From Octopus sinensis (lineage: Eukaryota): a stretch of DNA of 41,791 nt. The position numbers were made by a program, and so were the translations under genes. Below are positions 38,086-41,791 of the stretch, piece after piece; positions within the stretch are counted from its first letter, which is position 1, and the number at the start of each line of letters is the position of its first letter. The stretch covers positions 1-41,791 of the forward strand of contig NW_021835205.1 in assembly GCF_006345805.1 (NCBI RefSeq), written 5' to 3'. The notes beneath the pieces are model-generated. The model searched no databases and had not been told where the DNA came from. It worked only from the letters and a program-made list of their open reading frames with translations.

Positions 38086-38711
38086 AGTAATTTTAAGGGC
38101 AGTGTATCAGTTGATATCAGTTACTTCTCAACATTAAACAGAAACTTTATTTATCGATCCTGACCGAATCAAAAGGCAAAGCTGACTTCGGTATGATTTG
38201 AAATCAGAATATAAAATGCCAGAGAGGTAAAATTTCGACTGACAATCGCACCATTTCTCTCGCGCATTTTTCGAGAAAATACAATAGAAAGAGATTTCTC
38301 GACGCTTCAATACAAAACCTCGATTCTTTGAATTATAACAGTGACAACTGGAAACGGTTTACAATAAATAAATGCGACAGCAACCAGTAAATATTGCCTG
38401 CTAAGAGAGAAAACCGAATTACGCAACAAATAGAGCAATGAAAGGTTCAAATACTCTGATTTAAGTAGGCAGAAACTAAACAACGAATGTATTTTATGCT
38501 GGTTTCTCAGCTTTTTCTCGCTTCTTCTATTACAAAATTTTTTTAATTCGTTACGATATGTTTTGCGCTTGAAAAATATGTTTGCGTCTTCCCAACATAT
38601 GACTTTTAGTAGCGCTTTAATACATGCATTGTGACCTTTAAATGAATAATATTTATCTCTCATTAGATAGACTACTTTTTTTGTTGAATTTTCAATCAAG
38701 GAACAGTACAT

Positions 38712-38754
<43 letters not shown>

Positions 38755-38839
38755 ATAAGGGTAGAAATTGATATTAATCAATTAAAACCAGTGGCTTAGC
38801 AATATTTTAAAAAATCCAAAGATTAAAAATTGTTTTACA

Positions 38840-39021
38840 TACAAAATTTAGTGGACTGACCGCTAAAAGTGGACATTCTATATGCTAGACATAGACGTCA
38901 AATCGCCATTTACCACGAAGAATGTGTTCTCAAGAACATTGATCGTGGTAAATAGCGATTTGACGTCTATGTCTAGCATATTGGCTGTCCACTGTTAGTG
39001 GTCAGTTTTCTAAATTTTGTA
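38840..39021. repeat. Long fold-back inverted repeat (79-bp arms)
   Basis: Arm 38840-38918 versus reverse complement of 38943-39021: about 70/79 identical, ungapped. The spacer is itself partly self-complementary. Confidence 0.92.
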
Positions 39022-39109
39022 TATATATATATATATATATAATTATATGCATATGCATCACTTCGTTTTCTAAATCCACTTACAAGTCTCTAGCACAACA
39101 AGGCACGCA

Positions 39110-39191
39110 CCCAAAGTGCTACGCAGTGGGACTGAACATTAAACTACGTGGTTATAAACGAACCTTTTTAAGCACAGCCATGCCTGCGCCT
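39110..39191 (-). mobile_element. SINE family 1, head fragment
   Basis: acgcagtgggactgaac...cacagccatgcctgcgcct. Confidence 0.75.
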
Positions 39192-39221
39192 CCACATTGT
39201 ACATCTTATATATATATATAT

Positions 39222-39415
39222 GCGGAGCACCACCTTGAACAATTCTAGTCGAACAAATCGACTCCACGACATATCTTTTAAGCGTAGCACTTGTTTATCG
39301 GTCTATTTCGTCAAACCGCTAAGTTGCGGAGACGTAAGCACATCAACACCGGCTGTCAAGCGGGGGTGGGGGAAAAGAAAAAGAAACACAAACACACACG
39401 CACTCAGGTATACAT

Positions 39416-39462
<47 letters not shown>

Positions 39463-39487
39463 CATATACATATACACACACACACAT

Positions 39488-39523
<36 letters not shown>

Positions 39524-39570
39524 CGACGCGCTTTTTTTAGTTTCCGTCTATCAATCCACATATTCACATA
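39222..39570 (-). mobile_element. SINE family 1, diverged, head missing
   Basis: ggagcaccacc...aaaccgctaagttgcggagacgtaagcac...tagtttccgtctatcaatccac. Confidence 0.8.
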
Positions 39571-39642
39571 TGTATGCGTGCATGTATGATTTATGTGTTT
39601 TCGTATCAATGTATTGTATACGTGTGTGTGCTTCAATGTGTA

Positions 39643-39674
<32 letters not shown>

Positions 39675-40480
39675 AAAAAAAAGAGAGATAGAGCGAAAGA
39701 TTTTCTCTGTGTGTGTGTGGGGGGGTATCATCAGTGTTCCGCTGATACTCCATTTCATTAAAAAGGAGATTGCAGTAACGTGAATCTAAAGAACCTCGCT
39801 CTATGACTCCGTACTATACCTGGTCCTGTAATTGAACTCATGACCTCATGATTTAGTTATTAAGTCACAGTCCCACATATCATTCTGAATACTAATAGAT
39901 TTAGCACACCAGTCTATTCTGCAATTCGTTCCTCTAAAAATTTCGGCTTTCATTTCCATTCGTGTAACAGGAGCATAGGTTTGCAAATTTGTTTAAACTA
40001 TTATTTTAATGTCAAATAATGTCATATATAGTTAATGTCAAATATAGTTAATGTCAAATATAGTCAAATATAGAAGAAATATATTTTATAATTGAAGTAT
40101 GATAAAATTGACTAAACAGCATTTAAAATACATTTCGTAACATATTTTCTTTCTATTTTTGCTAAGTTAGTCATAAAACATTTCAAGGTTGTTCATTGTG
40201 TAATCTTTTATCTTCTTACAGACTTTGAAGATATTGAAGTTCACAACCAACCCTACTGTCTCATCAGCGACGAAACCACCACCACTACCACAACAACAGC
40301 AGCAGCAACAACAGCAGTAAATATATGATAATAAAACCATAAGAACAACACCAACAACAAAAGTAATTCCTCATTACTACTGAAAGTGAGAATAAGGAGA
40401 AAAAAAACTATATCCGGCAGAAACATTAAATGAGTCATTTTCAATCGTATTTAATTGAGTTTATCGTCCACCTCTAATAC

Positions 40481-41604
40481 TTGCGCCATTTTGTTGCCTT
40501 AGTAATTCTATTTAAAATGATTTTCAATACAGTTTCACCCAGAATTTCTTCCGTTACCCCAGAGTCTTTGAATGCAGCCTCTGCAAATGCAACACTTTTG
40601 TCTTGTATTTGGTTGACATCCATTCACATTTGTTTTCGGCCTCAACCACGATCGAAACAATACATTCATAAAGAACACAAGCCTTCAGGTAAGTTAGATG
40701 AATTTCTGAAGCTGGCGTTACTTACTATGGCAGAATCGTCTGAGAAAAGAAGACCCATCGGAATCACGGATTTCGCAAAGATTCTCCATGCAAAAAGTGA
40801 TCAAACTAAAACTTATGAAATGACACGGAAACTGGCCTTTAGGACTTTATCAGCTTATATAAGTAAAAAAATCAGACGTGTTATACAAGAAGAGTATGCT
40901 GAGGAGGGAATAACTCGTAAACCTGATCTTTATAACAGCAATGTCGATGTTTTACTTGCTTCTCCGCAGTTCCATGACAACTCTTACCAAATACGCTTTC
41001 CTTTATCTTATAGTATACTATTAAATTTTGGTTTTGACGGCAAATCTCACATACTGTTTAGTGACACACACTGGGATGACGACTATTTTGAGTATAACCC
41101 GGACTGTAAATCAACAGAAATTTTTGACCCAACGAATAACGTGTGTCGTCCTGTTATCTGTGAACCAGGTCACCATTTTGTGCATGATTCTTGTGAAGAA
41201 ATCGTAGGAAACGCACCATCGAAAGTGGAAAAGGAATCACCCGAAAATCTTTTTCAGGAAGACATCATGAACATGGTTGTTTTAAAGGCTAATGTTACAT
41301 TTTCTGACTATTTAATCGCCTTGACAGCTGACTTTAAAGACATGATGATTGAGTCGTTGAGTAAATTACTCAACACTTCTGCAAATAGGATCCAGAACTT
41401 TACCGTTCACAAATCCGAAAGCCCAACCAACCCAGCCAATTTAATAATTCAAAGATTGCCTACTAAGCGATACAGTATGCACATCGATCGCGACATTTTC
41501 TCCAAGGAGTATTCATCACCAACACAAGGATACGGACAAAGAGGAGAATTTACCATGGAGATATCATTTATTCTTATGCCACTTAATACAAACAAAAGAG
41601 AGGG
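40481..41604 (+). CDS. Large coding exon, probably part of the extracellular region of a family-B/adhesion/Methuselah-like GPCR; true 5' boundary uncertain
   Basis: Only long non-repetitive ORF in the window (375 codons). The motif LSYSILLNFG...C...IFDP...CRPVICEPG....C recalls molluscan Mth-like GPCR ectodomains (from memory). The apparent stop lies within the donor gagggGTAAGA (41605), so the protein should continue in later exons. Confidence 0.7.
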
Positions 41605-41791
41605 GTAAGAGTGTATCATCAATATTACAAGAAATGGACTCTCTTATTCAAAGTCAAAGTTTTATGATAAATGTTAAGGAAACACGCGTAACAGTCGTCG
41701 GGTTGAAATGACTCGGATACCATAATGCCGAATATGTGGTGTATGAATGGCATTAAGAGTTATTACACAGATACTCAGTTCACTATGGTAA

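Noticed and set aside
40689-40733. cagGTAAGT donor inside the long ORF and a possible 45-nt in-frame intron
   Set aside because: The frame stays open through it and the intron would be unusually short; the donor could be real if the true exon starts downstream, which needs RNA evidence.

Overview
AT-rich, microsatellite-saturated animal genomic DNA, mostly intronic or intergenic. The SINE, mariner and repeat landscape looks like coleoid cephalopod (probably Octopus) DNA; this is inference from recalled repeat families, not a database hit. Nearly all ORFs in the supplied track are microsatellite artefacts. Host coding signal is limited to two places. One is a phase-compatible three-exon 3' end of an unidentified + strand gene (2435-2507, 3315-3391, 6710-6828). 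The other is a large + strand exon at about 40481-41604 resembling a Cys-containing family-B/Methuselah-like GPCR ectodomain. Mobile DNA includes three tRNA-derived SINE families (about 20 copies or fragments), four Tc1/mariner-superfamily remnants, an R4/Dong-type RLE LINE 3' end in (TAA)n, a probable LINE 3' UTR in (GATA)n and a Penelope-like GIY-YIG fragment in (TA)n. Two things stand out. (1) Six ~160-210 bp non-coding, microsatellite-flanked elements in two subfamilies each carry a minimal type I hammerhead ribozyme motif with covarying stem I. (2) One 3'-terminal tail is shared by the Penelope-like fragment (33937-34010), a SINE (3813-3888) and the GATA-embedded element (14148-14194, minus), which suggests a module-swapping retroelement network that targets microsatellites. 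All alignments and counts were done by eye.
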